Made by a program: the position numbers and the translations under genes
Source: the human T2T-CHM13v2.0 reference genome, Homo sapiens
Length of the DNA stretch: 64,000 nucleotides
Reading direction: 5' to 3' (one strand)
Assembly (NCBI RefSeq): GCF_009914755.1
Contig: NC_060927.1
The notes under the pieces: model-generated
The model's database searches: none
Told to the model about the DNA's origin: nothing
Seen by the model: the letters and a program-made list of their open reading frames with translations, nothing else
Part shown: positions 13,591-28,112 of the stretch, one piece after another
Position numbering within the stretch: position 1 is the first letter of the stretch
Layout: each line of letters opens with the position of its first letter

Positions 13591-13990
13591 TCTGTTAGTT
13601 TGAGTTCCCCCAAAGCATACCTTGAAACAAGGCTTTGAGTGCAAATAGTTTTTTGATGGGAAAGTGCTTCCAGGAGGCTACTAAGAGGGGAGAAGAGAGT
13701 AAGATGGGAAAGGAGGGGCGCCAGGAGAGCAGTGTGACCTGACAGGTAACCACTGTGGGCCACTGAGGGTCAGTCCCACTGAGAAATTCTGGGAGGCAGT
13801 GTAGAACACACCTCGCAGTTGTCTCACCCAAAGGGTGAAGGATCTGGAGGTGTTCATCCTCAGACTAACTTCCTATCTGACCCCCTGGAGCTAAGAGAAA
13901 ATCCTCAGGCAAAGAGTAGCAGACGGATGTAGTCAGCCTGTTCTGGAACAGGGATCACAGAGGAGATATGGCTGACATCTAGTATGTCAG
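13591..13990 (-). mobile_element. ERVL LTR (LTR16/LTR33 family)
   Basis: TTAGTTTGAGTTCCCCCAAAGCATACCTTGAAACAAGGCTTTGAGTGCAAATAGTTT resembles the reverse LTR16-type terminus. Confidence 0.6.
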
Positions 13991-14504
13991 CTGATACTTC
14001 TGACAGTCTCTTCTATGGCACCCTAACCACCCACCTTCAAATAAAGAAGGCTTATTACTGTTAACCAGGAAGATACACATGACATCAGGAGCACCGCGTG
14101 GGTCAGAAAAGACAGATTCAGCTTGCAGTGATAGCAGACTGTCATTGTCCCACCTTGCACCAGCTTCTTCTTACCATGTAGTCATTGGTTCTCCTTTTCC
14201 TAGAATGCATCCAAGAACAGGAACTCAGTCTCCATGCTCTGTGCTAAGCTGACATGCAGATCTGTAGATCCCTAAAGTTTTATATGTTTTATAAGTTTTT
14301 GCAAATTTGAAAAATTGACACTGATTTGTTAGCATGAGATAGAATTTTCTCTCCGAACTCTATCAAGCTAGGAAAGGCTAAAGAGGTCTGCTGTTGGCTT
14401 TGGACTTTAGGCAGCATTGGACTTTAAGCCTGACATTGGTTACTGCTGTTTGCAACATTGACATTACAGCGACCATGAGGGAATAGAATCTTGGTGAACT
14501 CTTT

Positions 14505-15405
14505 TCTTGTTTAAACTTTTTATTTGAAATAATTTTAAACTTACAGAAAAGTTACAAAAAAGAAAATGGTATAATGAATACCCAGATTCACCTATTGCTA
14601 ATATTTTTCCTAATTTGCATTATTTAACATTTGCTCAATCATGCAATACCCATACATATAGACAGGTACATAATTTTGTTCTGACCATATGCAAGTAAGC
14701 TGCATACATCACACAATTTACACCTAAATACCCAGTGTGTAGAATCTGAATATTTTCTTACATAAACACGGATAGCTAACAATTTTAGGAATTTTAACAT
14801 TGATTCCATATTTTTATTTATTCTACTCTTAGTCTTCTAATTTTTTCAGTTGACCTGGTAATGTTCTTTTTGTAGCACCTTTTCTCTCCATGCCAGTCTA
14901 AGATCAAGTATTGTGCTTGTTGACATGTCTTCTCAGTTTTCTTAAATCTGGAACATGTCGACACGCCCTTTTTCCCCCCTTTTTACAACATTAACTTGTT
15001 TAATTAGCACAATTTCCCCGTTTTAGAATAAAATCTTCCTCTCTTGATGTCTATCCGATATTCCTGGTGATTAAATTCAGGTTATACATTCCCGGCTGGA
15101 ATATTACATAACTGATATATGTCCATCTCAGGACATCACATCTGGAGGCAAACTGTGTCTCTCTGCCCCTTGCTGGCAAAGTTCACTTTAATTACCTAGT
15201 CAAGATATGGTCTAATTTCATCACTGTGTAGTTATTATTTTTCCTTTGCAAATGGTAGAAAATGTGGAAGAGATCCTGTAAAACCATGCAGTTCACTTTT
15301 TGCACTTAAGTTGTCTCCCAGAAATCTTTTCCATGTTAGGTAGTAGAGGCTGTCCTTATTCATTTTTATGTGTGTATGCTGTTTCATTGTGTGTAAGTAC
15401 CACAG
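14505..15405 (-). mobile_element. L1MC-type 3' region
   Basis: TTTTATTTGAAATAATTTTAAACTTACAGAAAAGTT is a typical reverse L1MC end. Confidence 0.65.
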
Positions 15406-15419
15406 GACCTCTGTTCTTT

Positions 15420-16773
15420 TTGTGTGTGTTAGTTTGTTACACTTTTAATTAATTTATTTTTAACTTTTAGGTTCAGGGGTACATGTGCAGGTTTGTTATA
15501 TAGGTAAATTGTGTGTCACAGGAGTTTGGTGTACAGATTATTTCATCATCCAGTTTCTTGATCCTCATCCTCCTCACCCTTCTCCCACCCTCCACCCTTA
15601 AGTAGGCCCCAGTATCTGTTGTTCCCTTCTTTGTGTACATGTGTACTCAATGTTTAGCTCCCACTTATAAGTGAGAATATGCAGTATTTGGTTTTCTGTT
15701 CCTGTATTAGTTCACTTAGGATAATAACCTCCAGCTCCAACCATGTTGCTGCAAATGACATGATATTCCTTTTTATGGCAGCATAGTATTCCATGGTGTC
15801 TACCACAGTTTCTTTATCTGGTCTACCACTGATGGCATTTAGGTTGATTCCAGGTCTTTGCTATTGTGAATAGTTCTGCAGTGATAATACACATGCATGT
15901 GTCTTTATGGTAGAACAATTTATGTTCCTTTGGGTGTATCCCCAATAATGGGATTGCTGGGTCGAATGATAGTTCTGTTTTAAGTTCTTTGAGAAAGTGC
16001 CAAACTGCTTTCCACAATGGCTGAACTAGTTTATATTCCCACCAGCAGCGTATAAGCATTCCTTTTTCTCTGCAACCTTGCCAGCATCTTTTTTCACTTT
16101 TTAATAATAGCCATTATGACTGGTGTGAGATAGTATCTCATTGTGGTTTTAATTTGTCTTTCTCTAATGATTAGTGATATTAAGCATTTTTAATATGCTT
16201 GTTGGCCGTGTGTATGTCTTCTTTTGAAAAGTGTCTGTTCGTGTCCTTTGCCCACTTTTTAATGGGGTTGTTTGTTTTTTGTTTAATTTATTTAAGTTCC
16301 TTATAGATTCTGGATACTAGACCTTTGTCGATGCATATTTTGCAAATACTTTCTCCCATTCTATAGGTTGTTTGTTTACTCTGTCGATAGTTTCTTTTGC
16401 TGTGCAGAAGCTCTTTAGTTTAATTAGATCCCATTTGTCAATTTTTATTTCAGTTGCAATTGCTTTTGGTGTCTTTGTCATGAAATTTTTGCTGGAGTGT
16501 ATGTCCAGAATGGTATTTCCTAGGTTATCATCCAGAGTTTTTATAGTTTTAGGCTATACATTTAAATCTTTAATCCATCTTGAGTTGATTTTTGTATATG
16601 GCGTAAGGAAGGGGTCCAGTTTCAATATTCTGCATATGGCTAGCCAGCCATCCCAGCACCATTTATTGAATAGAGAGTCCTTTCCCCATTGCTTCTTTTT
16701 GTCAACCTTGTTGAAAATCAGATGGTTGTAGGTGTGCAGCATTATTTCTGAGCTCTCTATTCTGTTCCATTAC
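15420..16773 (-). mobile_element. 5'-truncated old L1PA (ORF2 C-terminus + 3' UTR)
   Basis: Minus-strand ORFs show L1 ORF2 peptides ([21 protein letters not shown]); 14-bp TSD GACCTCTGTTCTTT at 15406-15419 and 16774-16787. Confidence 0.95.
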
Positions 16774-16869
16774 GACCTCTGTTCTTTACCTTTTGCTGAG
16801 ACAGCTTCCCAACATCTCTTTGGGCCAAAAACTAGGGCCATTCCCTGATTTCAACAACAGACTGGAATA

Positions 16870-18000
16870 CTGGGTTCTAGTCAGGATAGTCAACACACTC
16901 CACCCTGTCTGTCCCACTAAAGGCAATTAAATCCCCTGGCCAGATGCATGGAGCAGCAATCTGAGAACTCTGAAAAGTAAATGGTAGTGGGCAGACTGGG
17001 GAAAGAAGTCAGAACTTGAAATACCACCAAATCAATAATAATTGTCTCATTTTTTTCCCTTGATATTTCCTGGCCTGGACTCAAAGATAGCCTGAAGCCT
17101 GGAACTTCAGACCAAGTATGGACAGAAACTCTAAGAAAATCCTCTTTTTCTGTTCCAAGGAGGAAGGAAGAGGGCTCCTATGGGTCAGACAGGGGGAATT
17201 TTTTCTTTCTTCTTTTTTTCGTTCTTTACCCCACCCCCTTCCCAAGCTCCCAGGCATTCCCAGGTGGTAGCAATAGCAGGGGCTGGGCTGGCCCCCTTTT
17301 CTCTGACCAGGGAAACTTTGGTCCCAAGAGTCTGAGTAAAGTCCCCATTGCCTTTCCATCTTGGTCTACTGGCCACGTCACCTTGGAGGCATGCATGTTC
17401 ATGGAAAGTGTGCATCAGAGCAAAGAATCCAAAGCTCCAGCTCTTTAGCCAGAAGGCCAGGAAGGGGCATAAGGATGTTGCTGGAATCAGGAAAATGTAA
17501 GGAAGATTGCAGACAGGAGGGAGCTCAAGAAAGTGATCTCATAAAGTTGGACGTGAGCTCCTGGGCCACACACACATGATTTAGCCCTAAACTGTCTACC
17601 AAAGCCTTTGAAAACTGAGCTGACATTGGAAACACAGCCCACAGAAGGTAGCCAGGAACTTGCGGCCTACCTAACTGGGTCAGTTTTTGATTTTCTGCTA
17701 ATACAAATAAACAAAAAAATCAACATTTTCCACAGGATTTAAACAAGACCTAGAATAATATGGCATAATATTCAAAATGCCTAGCATATAATCCAAAATT
17801 ACTTGACTTACCAGGAACCAAGAAAATATCAGATCATACAAGAGAGAAGACAATCAACAGATACTAACCCCAAGATGGCACAGATTTTGAAATAACTAGG
17901 CAGAGACTTTAAAGCAGTCTCTAAGACTTAGTGCTCCAGGAAGTAAGAGTGAACACTTATATATAAAGCAGAAGCTATTGGAAATAGTAACATAAATGGA
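16870..18000 (+). mobile_element. Ancient L1M 5' UTR / ORF1-start relic
   Basis: ATAATCCAAAATTACTTGAC...AGAAGACAATCAACAGATACTAACCCCAAGATGGCACAG...GACTTTAAAGCAG. Confidence 0.5.
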
Positions 18001-18084
18001 TAAATCCGCAAAATTTGCATGGACTTTTTCAGAAATCCATGGATCAAATTGATTTTTTAAAACTAAAGCAAAAAGAGATCCAGA

Positions 18085-18306
18085 ACTGAGCTGCCCAACA
18101 CAACACAATGGTCAGCAGCCACTTACATCTATCTGAATTTCAACTTAAGCTAATTAAAATTAAATAAAATTTAAAAATCAGTTCCTCAGTCTCACTAGCC
18201 ACATTTCAAATTACTCCACACCACATATGGGCAGTGGTTACTCTATTGGACAGCACAGATTACAGAACATTTCCCTCATCACAGTGAGTTCTCTTGGACA
18301 GCACTG
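18085..18306. mobile_element. MER3 (hAT-Charlie)
   Basis: AATTAAAATTAAATAAAATTTAAAAATCAGTTCCTCAGTC...CTAGCCACATTTCAA...TTGGACAGCACTG. Confidence 0.75.
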
Positions 18307-18890
18307 GTATCAAGGATTTAAATAGCATAATTAGCAACTTAAATGTCATAGATATATAGAATCCTCTGCCAAGCAAACAAAATGTAACTTCCTTTTAAAC
18401 ACTTACAGAACACATACATTGACTAACCATAAATTAGGGCAAAGGAAAATCTCAATATATTCCCCAAAATACAAATTATAGAAGTAATATGTGCTGTCTA
18501 TGATGCAAATAAATTAGAAGCATTCAGTGAAAGGGTAGTCAAGTGCACATGCATGTACTAACACATACACTCAGCTGGAGATGTTAAAACATTTTCCTAA
18601 ATAAGTCTTGGGTTAAAGCAGAAATTAGGCCTGAGATTGCAAACTATGGAGAAATTTGAACTGCACCAGAAATCTTCTAAAAAGAGGTACTCAGAAGAAA
18701 TGTAAGCCTTAAGTGCACATATTAGTAGACATTGAAACATGAAAAAAAGGAACTAAGCATCCATTTCAAGAAGATAGAACAAGAGAAGATAAAACAAGGT
18801 TGGTTCAAATTAATCTGTCTCTAGCACATTTCAAAGTTTTTGGTTTGAGGTAAGAGGTCTAACAGAATTCCCAAATTTTGGCACTGATAG

Positions 18891-19298
<408 letters not shown>

Positions 19299-19829
19299 TG
19301 AGTCAGCCATTGGGTTATTTTAAATAAATTACATTGAAAGACATAAAACATTTCTCCCACTCCAAAAATTGAGAGATATATCATGCTGCATGATTAGAAA
19401 ACTGTTAAGATGTTACCTTTCCCAATCTGATTTATAAATTTAATAAAAATCCAATCAAAATCATACAAATTCTATTTTAGATTTTTTGTTGGTTTTCATT
19501 TTTAGAAATTTCACATTAGATACCAAATTAGAAACAATAATACAATTAAGCCAATCTGACCACCAGCTTCAACAATTTTGCTGTTCTTATTTCCAAACAT
19601 ACTTTTTTTCTTCTTTTTACTTTTCTTTACTGGAGTACTTTAAAGCAAATCTAATAATCAGGCCATTTTATCCAAAAATACATTAATATCCATCTCTAAC
19701 TGGATGGATATTTTAATATACCTACTGTGCCAAATTCACACCTAAAAAATGCACATAATCCCTTACTATTGTCTGATACACATCCCAGATTCTAGACTGT
19801 CTAAGATAGCTTGTTCCATGTGCTTCTTC

Positions 19830-20020
19830 AGAGCCTGGTTCTGCCATGTATCAGCTGTCAATCCTGAGGCAAGTTAATTAGCTTTTCTGGACCTGTTACC
19901 TTTTCTACAAAATGGAGAAAATAATAAATCCTTCTCAGATGATAGTTCAAAAGACTAAATGAGATCATACATTTAAATCACCTAATGCTATCCAATAAAT
20001 AGTCATTATTATTAACATAA
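19830..20020 (+). mobile_element. MIR
   Basis: GGCAAGTTAATT...CTACAAAATGGAGAAAATAATA...ACTAAATGAGATCATAC. Confidence 0.65.
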
Positions 20021-20250
20021 CAGATTCTGACATAAATAGAATTACTTCTAGAAACAGTTTATCCCACTTTTGATGTTGCTGAGATTGGTTAGTGGGTGCA
20101 AGTATATCTGGGGATTGGGGATTTATTTCATTAGGTTTTGGAGGAAAGAAATTCTGTAATCCAGTGTCCTGCCAGTTTTCCTCAAAAGTTCCCACTTTTT
20201 CTCCAGTGTGTTTGTGATACATACCCAGGTTTAAGAAAGATTGTCTTTTT

Positions 20251-20411
20251 GGCCAGCCACGGTGGCTCACACTTGTAATCCCAGCAGTTTGGGAGGCTGA
20301 GGAGGGCAGATCACAAGGTCAGGAAATTGAGACCATCCTGGCCAACATGGTGAAACCCCGTCTCTAATAAAAATACAAAAATTAGCTGGGAGTGGTGGCG
20401 GGTGCCTGTAA
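20251..20411 (+). mobile_element. 3'-truncated Alu (left arm + start of right arm)
   Basis: Stops abruptly at GTGCCTGTAA with no tail or TSD. Confidence 0.85.
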
Positions 20412-20599
20412 ATATGTATAAGAGCTAAATAACAAGGCCTAATGAACATGTGGAACACCACAGCCAACAGCTACAGGATATACATCCTTTATGAGCACAC
20501 GTGGATCATTTTCAAAAATTGACTTCCACATGCTGAAACGAGGCTGGGCACTTTACACACATTATCTTCTTTAATTACCATAAAATTGTTAAATAGGCG

Positions 20600-21550
20600 T
20601 CCAAGCTGGAAATCTTCCATTTGTCCCTCCACACTCACCCCTACCCTTCCCCACCTCTCTCTGTGTCCTTCCAGGCTGGCCTCTATAGACAGCATTAAAG
20701 GTTCCTTTCCTCTCTGGCTTCTGGATGGTTCAGTTAGCAGGAGGAAAGAGCAGGAAATTATCAGGTGAAAAGAAAGGAGAGTCAGGGTATATTGTAAAGA
20801 TTTTAAATTTTCTGTATATTGTGATGTTTTGACAACTTAAGAGACCTTTCTGGTTGGGGAATGATTGCCCTCCCCAGGCTGGCCAGTCCTTAAGGACAAG
20901 AAAGGGCTCTGCCTGGAGCACATCTTTGCTGTGCACACGAGCCAGCCCAGAGCCACACCTCCTCTGTCTGGCCCCCACACCCCGGGAGACAGTGTGCCTC
21001 TGCCTCAGTCATCCCAGGGCCAGGCACCAGGCAACTAGAGACCACTCCTGTCCCCACACCCACTGAAATTATTCAAACCAGCCAGTCCTAAGGTGTCCAC
21101 TCTCCCCTGCCTGGATTCTCCCGTGGCCTACACCTTCCCCTCACTCCTGTCTTCTGCCTCGTGCCTCTGGGATCTGTGAGGATAAGAAAACTTGTTTTCC
21201 TGAGCCTCTTCCTTGCCTGCACCTGACTTTCACATAAAAAGATAGAAAATGCAGGGTATTTGCCCTCCCTGCTGCCTCCCTGCTAAGGATGGCTGTGTCC
21301 ATCTTTCTCTGCTCAAGACCGGTGCTGCTCCCCAGACAGCTCCCCTGTCCCAGCTCCAGTGCTCTCTCCCTCCCTCGCCTTCCAGGTCTAGGGACAGTGA
21401 CAGCCCCTTGCTGTGATTAGTGCTGGGTACTGTGCCATCCCCCATGGGCCTTCCTAAGCCCCGCTCACAGCGTTCTAAAGGTCCCTTGACTGAACTCTTC
21501 ATGTTGCCCAGGTGGAGTATGCTGTGTTTCCACAGGACCCCACCTGAATG
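20600..21550 (+). mobile_element. LTR33-like ERVL LTR split by a nested LTR
   Basis: Halves at ~20600-20789 and ~21254-21550; ends TGTGTTTCCACAGGACCC. Confidence 0.55.
20790..21253 (+). mobile_element. Nested solo LTR (MER74/MER73-like ERVL)
   Basis: TTTGACA...TGCCCTCCCCAGGCTGGCCAG...GCAACTAGAGAC motifs; GGGTA duplicated at 20785-20789 and 21254-21258. Confidence 0.6.
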
Positions 21551-21861
21551 TGAGCATCCCTATCCCAAACACAAGCTCAGAGGGCAGCGCTAGCCCAGGG
21601 CCACATGACTCCAGCCGTGCCTCCTCTATGGGGGTGGAAATAGGGCAGTTTCAACCCTTGTTCACATCATTGCTAAATCATTCATATGGCATTGGAACAC
21701 TTTTTCAACTGGAGACAACGGCATGCCCTGTCAGAACTTCTTGAATAATTTTTGACTGAATTGTGAACGTGGCCTTTCTTCGTTTCTTAGAAATCAGGAA
21801 CACTGCCTTCCATTTAAAGTATCTTTATTCAGTTGTTAATTAATTTTTGGTGCTTAAGTCC

Positions 21862-22592
21862 TGCTGTGGTTTGAGTTTGTTCTCTCTGAAACTCATGTTG
21901 AAATTTGGTCCCCAGTGTAGCGGTGCTGGAGGTGGGGCCTAGTGGGAGGTGTCTTGCCATGGATCCCTCATGAATAGATTAACACCCTCCCTTGGGGGTG
22001 AACTTGGGCTCTCATAAGAATGGATTAGTTCCTGGGAAAGGGGGCTGTTAAAAATAGTCTGGCAACCGGGCGTGGTGGCTCACGCCTGTAATCCCAGCAC
22101 TTTGGGAGGCTGAGGCAGGCAGATCATGAGGTCAGGAGTTCGAGACCAGCCTGACTAACATGATGAAACCCCGTCTCTACTAAAAATACAAAAATTAGCC
22201 AGGCATGGTGGCATGTGCCTGTAATCCCAGCTACTCAGGAGGGTGAGGCGGGAGAATTGCTTGAACCCGGGAGGCGGAGGTTGCAGTGAGCGAGATTGCA
22301 CCAGTGCACTCCAGCCTGGGTGACAGAGCAAGACTCCGTCTCAAAAAAAAAACAGTCTGGCTTTCTTGATTTCTCTCTTTTACTCCTTCCCTGTCCCAGT
22401 GACCTCTTTGCAAATGCCCACTCCCCTTCCATTTTCTGCCATGAGTTGAAACAGCCAAGGCTCCCACCAGATGCAGATCCCCAGTCTTGAACTCTCCAGC
22501 CACCAGAATCGTGAGCCAAGTAAATGTCTTTTCTTGATAAACTACCCAGTCCTGGGTATTCTGTTAACAGTAACAGCAAGTGGACTAAGACA
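21862..22592 (+). mobile_element. MST-type MaLR LTR (MSTB-like) interrupted by an Alu
   Basis: Starts TGCTGTGGTTTG...AAACTCATGTTGAAAT, ends GGACTAAGACA. Confidence 0.85.
22064..22352 (+). mobile_element. AluS inside the MST LTR
   Basis: Full Alu; TSD AAAAA(T/C)AGTCTGGC. Confidence 0.95.
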
Positions 22593-22687
22593 TTGCCTTT
22601 TGGAGGAAGTTACTCAGTATGGTGCTGATGGCCTCTGAATTTAATACCCACATGAGATTTTTGTCTTCCCACTTTGCTGTTTTTCAG

Positions 22688-22869
22688 ATCGCCATGAGGT
22701 TATCTCCAAAGAAATATTGGAACTGGACCCATGGGAAAACCAGTGGAATGTTGTAGCCATCAACGTCCTCATGCATGACAGCTATGATGTCTGCCTAGTA
22801 GCCAGGATGAATCCCCGAGACCTCATCCCCCCGCCTTCAGATTTGGTGGAAGAAGGCAATGAGCACTAA
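22688..22869 (+). CDS. KBTBD12: Terminal coding exon: (D)RHEVISKEILELDPWENQWNVVAINVLMHDSYDVCLVARMNPRDLIPPPSDLVEEGNEH*
   Basis: Acceptor TTTTCAG|AT; phase 1 matches the upstream donor (G+AT=Asp); kelch motif LDPWENQW; TAA at 22867-22869. Confidence 0.9.
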
Positions 22870-24759
22870 GGTGACCTTGCTGGAGGACCTCCTGCTGTTC
22901 TGCAAACAAGGCCTTCAGAACGGAGAGGGCCCACAGCATCTCTGTCATGCCAGTCATGTGCACTGCATGCGTAGTGGCCTGTGTGTGAAGAAGCAGTGTG
23001 TGCTGGGCACTGGGTGGGGAGCATGGGGAGTCTCCCTTCAGGGACTTCCCAGCCTGATAGGGTAAATAAGACACTACAAAGAAGAGGTGATGACGGCCAC
23101 AGGAGGGGCACAGGGCCACAGGAGAGCAGCAGAGGGAGGGTCTCACTCTGCTGGGGACCCATGAACAGCACTGCCAAGGAGCAGACCTTTTATTGGGTCC
23201 CCAAAAGGATGAGGAGGAAGTGGTCCCATGGGTGCAGTCAATGATGAGTTCATGGAAACAGCCAAGCAAGGGCCCAGAGACAGAAAGCTCGTGCCTGTCT
23301 GCAGTATCCTGGCTGGGCCAGATTGCCTGGGGCACAGGGTTTGTGGTCAAGGCTGGAAAAGTAGGTTGTAGCTAGATGACCAACGCCTGAAAGAATGAGG
23401 AGTTGGACCTGGTCTGTAAGCCAGGGAATTGTCTCAAAATCGTGCATTAAGGGAGACTTCTCTCTGTGCTCTGTTCCAGCTTCAGTCTTATAAACACTGA
23501 CCATTCTCCTTCAGAATCCCCTTCTACTGAAGCAACGCCACCCAGCAGCAGGGCTAGCTGTACTACCAGCCCCTAACAACCAAGGCACTCAAGCCAGACC
23601 ACAGTGGCCAAGAATCCTGCCCTGGGCTGACTCTGTCCGGGACAGGGATGTGGGGTTCTGCAGCCTGGTCCACTCCGGGGCTGGCAGGGAGTGTCCTGGA
23701 GTGGGCTTACCCAGGCTGCCTTTGCCCACCTCTCAGACACATACAACCATCTGCAGGGTAGTCCTGGCTGAACAGGACTCGCCCAAGCCACCCAAGCCAG
23801 GGACAGAGAAGGCTCTGGCTGAGGACAGGGGAAGAAGCATCTCCTCCAGCTGCTGCCAACCCCATGGCCCGGCCTTTGCAATAAAGATGGAGCCACCCAC
23901 TTCAGCCCACAATTGAGCATAATCAGAAGACAGTCACTCCCAAAATATATGTTAGAAATAACATTTAAATGACACATGGGAAGTCCGTCTATCTTACTTC
24001 CCGTCTCTAATTCTGGAAGCACAGTGGATTCAATGAGGGCATCTTCATAGCTCTTCTTCAGCAACTTCTCCAAAGAGTTTCACATTGCACAAGGCTCTTT
24101 TGGAAGCAGGAGTGGTCAGTAAATTCAGAGGGAGACAAACCCTAAGTAGAGACAGCTTTCTTTGGTGCTGAGCTGTGTGATTGTGATGACCGCTAGCCTG
24201 TGCCCCTAGGTTCCAGCTGCCCACCAGGCAGGACAGGCAGGTCTTGCCAAAACTGGAGCCTGTTGGAAACCTATTTCTGCCACCAAGGAGAGGGACCAGG
24301 AGACCCAGCGTAGGTTGGCCCCAAGTAGGCTCAACTCGGGAGGGTGGGGGTCCCGCCTTTCTCTTCGCACTTGTGCCCCAAGTGCACTCACAGTACCTGG
24401 CATGTGGGTGACCTCTTGGGTGGCCGGCATGGGGCAGTGTTTCTCAATCAGAGGGCCTGGGCCCCGAGCACGTCCAGGAATCTGAGTTAAAGTGAGCTTA
24501 CTCTTTCCCCAGTGGATGATCATGATCTGTGCATTCTTTTTCTTGCTACAAAGATGTTCCTCCTAGCTGCTGTGTTGGCTGTCGGCGGCCAGGGTTGAGG
24601 ACGGCCTCCACAGGGCCTCCACTTCCCTCCATTCCTCTTCACATAGTCACTCCACCTGCTCCACCTGCTTGAAAAGTCCAGAAAGCTGCCGCGTCTCCCT
24701 GGCTCAAGGAGGCCTTGTTGGCATGTCATGGCACATCTCCTAGATGTTTTGGGTTCAAG

Positions 24760-24970
24760 ATCTGGGTTCCAGCCCCCGCTCTGCTACTTAGCTAACCATG
24801 TGAACTTGGGCAAGATGACCTTTCTAAAGCCTCATTTCCCTCATATGCAGAGTGGGAAGGAAAATATTAATACATACTTTATAGGGTTGGTATGAGGATT
24901 AAGTGCTGAGCAAAGTGCCTGTGAAATCCTGAAATAATAAGCATGTTTTAGCTGCCATTATTATCATCAC
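24760..24970 (+). mobile_element. MIR in the putative 3' UTR
   Basis: TGTGAACTTGGGCAAG...GCCTCATTTCCCTCAT...AGGGTTGGTATGAGGATTAAGTG. Confidence 0.75.
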
Positions 24971-25074
24971 TGTCATTATCATTGCAGTCAGCACTTCCCA
25001 AAGCAAGGTGCCCAAAACAGACTCAGTGCTTTAGGGAAGTGGGGCAGATGTGCATATGGCTTGTGACGGTTCTT

Positions 25075-25377
<303 letters not shown>

Positions 25378-26174
25378 GAGATGGTTCTTAATTTCCCATA
25401 CCCTGTTGCTTGGCTCCTCCAGTTGGCGGCTGAGAGTTAAGCAAGGGTTTACTCGGATCTGAGGCCCCCGATGCCCTCAATGGACACATTCAGGACCCTG
25501 TGGCAGCTCAGCAGAGGCACCTGAGGGTCACGCTAGGTGAGACCATCGCCCGCCTGTGGGAGGCAAGATAAGTGGGTAAACATCATTCCTGTCTAATGCG
25601 AGGTCTGGGCAGTGTCCCAGTGGAACTTTCCAGAGAGTGCCAAGGGAGGACCGAGAAGGGGCATGACCTCTGCTGGAGCCAGGAGGGCAGTGACCAGGAG
25701 CTGGCTTAGCACTGAAGGGAAGCAGGCATCAAGGGCAGGATTTCTCAAACTTCTTCTGAGGAATCCCCGAGGTCGAAACCGGTGCTTCACAGATTTCAGA
25801 TGTCTGATCTTGATTTTTCTTTGATTCCATACAACAGATTGCTTGCCTGGGTTAGTGCTTATTTTAAGTTCTTGGTGCTTCTTGTCTGACTTCTGTATTT
25901 GCAATTAAAAACAACATGACCCTCCCCACCTGCAGCCAGATATCGTTAGAAATTCAACTTCGAAATATATTCCTATCACTCCTGTTTTCACTTTAATAGA
26001 AGGCTGTTGCAGTACTGCATGATGGGCTCTTATAAAACTTCTACTATCTGCTAATTCTTATCTTTGTGACAGGATTGTTTGACACTGAGCAAGGAAACAC
26101 AATAAGGAAGTAATTTGGATGCTAGGCTGGCAGAAGCCTGCAGCTGTCAACCACAGCCTGCCCCAGTGTGTTCA

Positions 26175-26844
<670 letters not shown>

Positions 26845-27344
26845 CTAAGCAGGGTGGAGCAGCCTGGCAGTCCAGCAAGACGCATGTTGGGGGCCAAGTT
26901 GGGGGGAGCCTGGGCGAACCTGAGCAGTGGGATCAGAACAACAGTGTGGGTTGGGTGCAGCCCAGGATAGAGAATGTCTGTGTTTGCTGTCAGATTCAGA
27001 GAGAAGGGACAGGCCAGGATTTTGGCCAGAAAAGAATGGCCAGTCAGCCAAACTCAAAGACCAGAAGATCTTACAGGGAGTACCCTATTGGCAAGGGGCC
27101 CTCCCCTCCAACAGTGTTCCTAAAACAGAGCCACTACCCAGTGGCTTCGGCTGTTCACCCTTGGCCCACCTGGGGTCACCAAGAGACAGGAGAGGAGGCT
27201 CTGGGGTGTAGAGTCACGTCACCCACTTGCCTACCTAGCAGACAGTCGGGTGTGTCCCTGCTCTTCCTCATTTACAGAGACAGGGACCCTGACCCAGCTT
27301 ATATGCCCAGCACAACCCAGGCATAACAATAAACATAACAATCC

Positions 27345-27725
27345 CATTCCTTTACCAGGGGTTAGTTAGACATGGCCATGTGGCACAATCCCAGCCAAAG
27401 AGACATAAAGGGAAGCTTGCAGAGGGGCGAGGGAAAGGTTCTCTCACCTTTAAAAGTGATGTTGAGGAAGAGATGGGCTATTTTCTGCTTAGCAAGTCGG
27501 CCTGCCCCCTGGAACTGCAGCCACCGCCCTGCAGTGGTGACAGAGGAGGCTGGAGACTGCCACAGGTGATCCACAGAGGGGGACGGGCCCTGCAGAATCC
27601 GGGGCCTTGGTGATGTAATTGAGCCACTAAACCAACCAGGTAGGAGGCTTTTTGCCAGATGCTAATTGTTACAATAAATGTTTCTTATTGTTCAGGCCAC
27701 CTTGAGTTACTTGTAGCCCAGGATT
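27345..27725 (+). mobile_element. Old MLT1-type MaLR LTR
   Basis: GGCCATGTGGCACAATCCCAGCCAAAGAGAC...AATAAATGTTTCTTATTGTT...TTACTTGTAGCC. Confidence 0.55.
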
Positions 27726-27984
27726 TCCTAAGTATTACTCCAACCTTCCCCCACAACGCCACCTTCTCTTGGGATAGCATTTGTTACCCCTGCCAAAGAG
27801 GAGGACTCAGACAGTCCCTGGTCCCTGGGATGTCAGATGACAAGGTTGTCATTCACTGCAGTACGGTAGCTTCTGCAGGGCTGCTGAAAGCTGATGGTTT
27901 ATGAGCCTGAGTCACTTCTTAGCTATTTATCCGGTATTGCTTTTTCTCTCAGATCTTCAACATATTTGTTTGTTTACTACAAGT

Positions 27985-28112
27985 CCCACCCGACACTCAT
28001 TTTTGTAAATGTCTTATTGGAACACAGCCATGCTCATTCATTTCTGCACCATCCGTGGCTGCTTTCTGTATTGTCTATGGCCCTTTGCAGAGAAAGCTTG
28101 CCAACTTCTGGT
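27985..28112. mobile_element. MER58A-like hAT, internally deleted
   Basis: TTTTTGTAAAT...TTATTGGAACACAGCCATGCTCATTCATTT...GGCCCTTTGCAGAGAAAGCTTGCC. Confidence 0.65.

Noticed and set aside
15823-16742. ORFs with L1 ORF2 similarity
   Set aside because: Fragments of a 5'-truncated, frameshifted L1PA; not a gene.
22823-24073. Overlapping 70-175 aa ORFs after the stop codon
   Set aside because: They lie in the GC-rich 3' UTR on both strands with no protein-like features.
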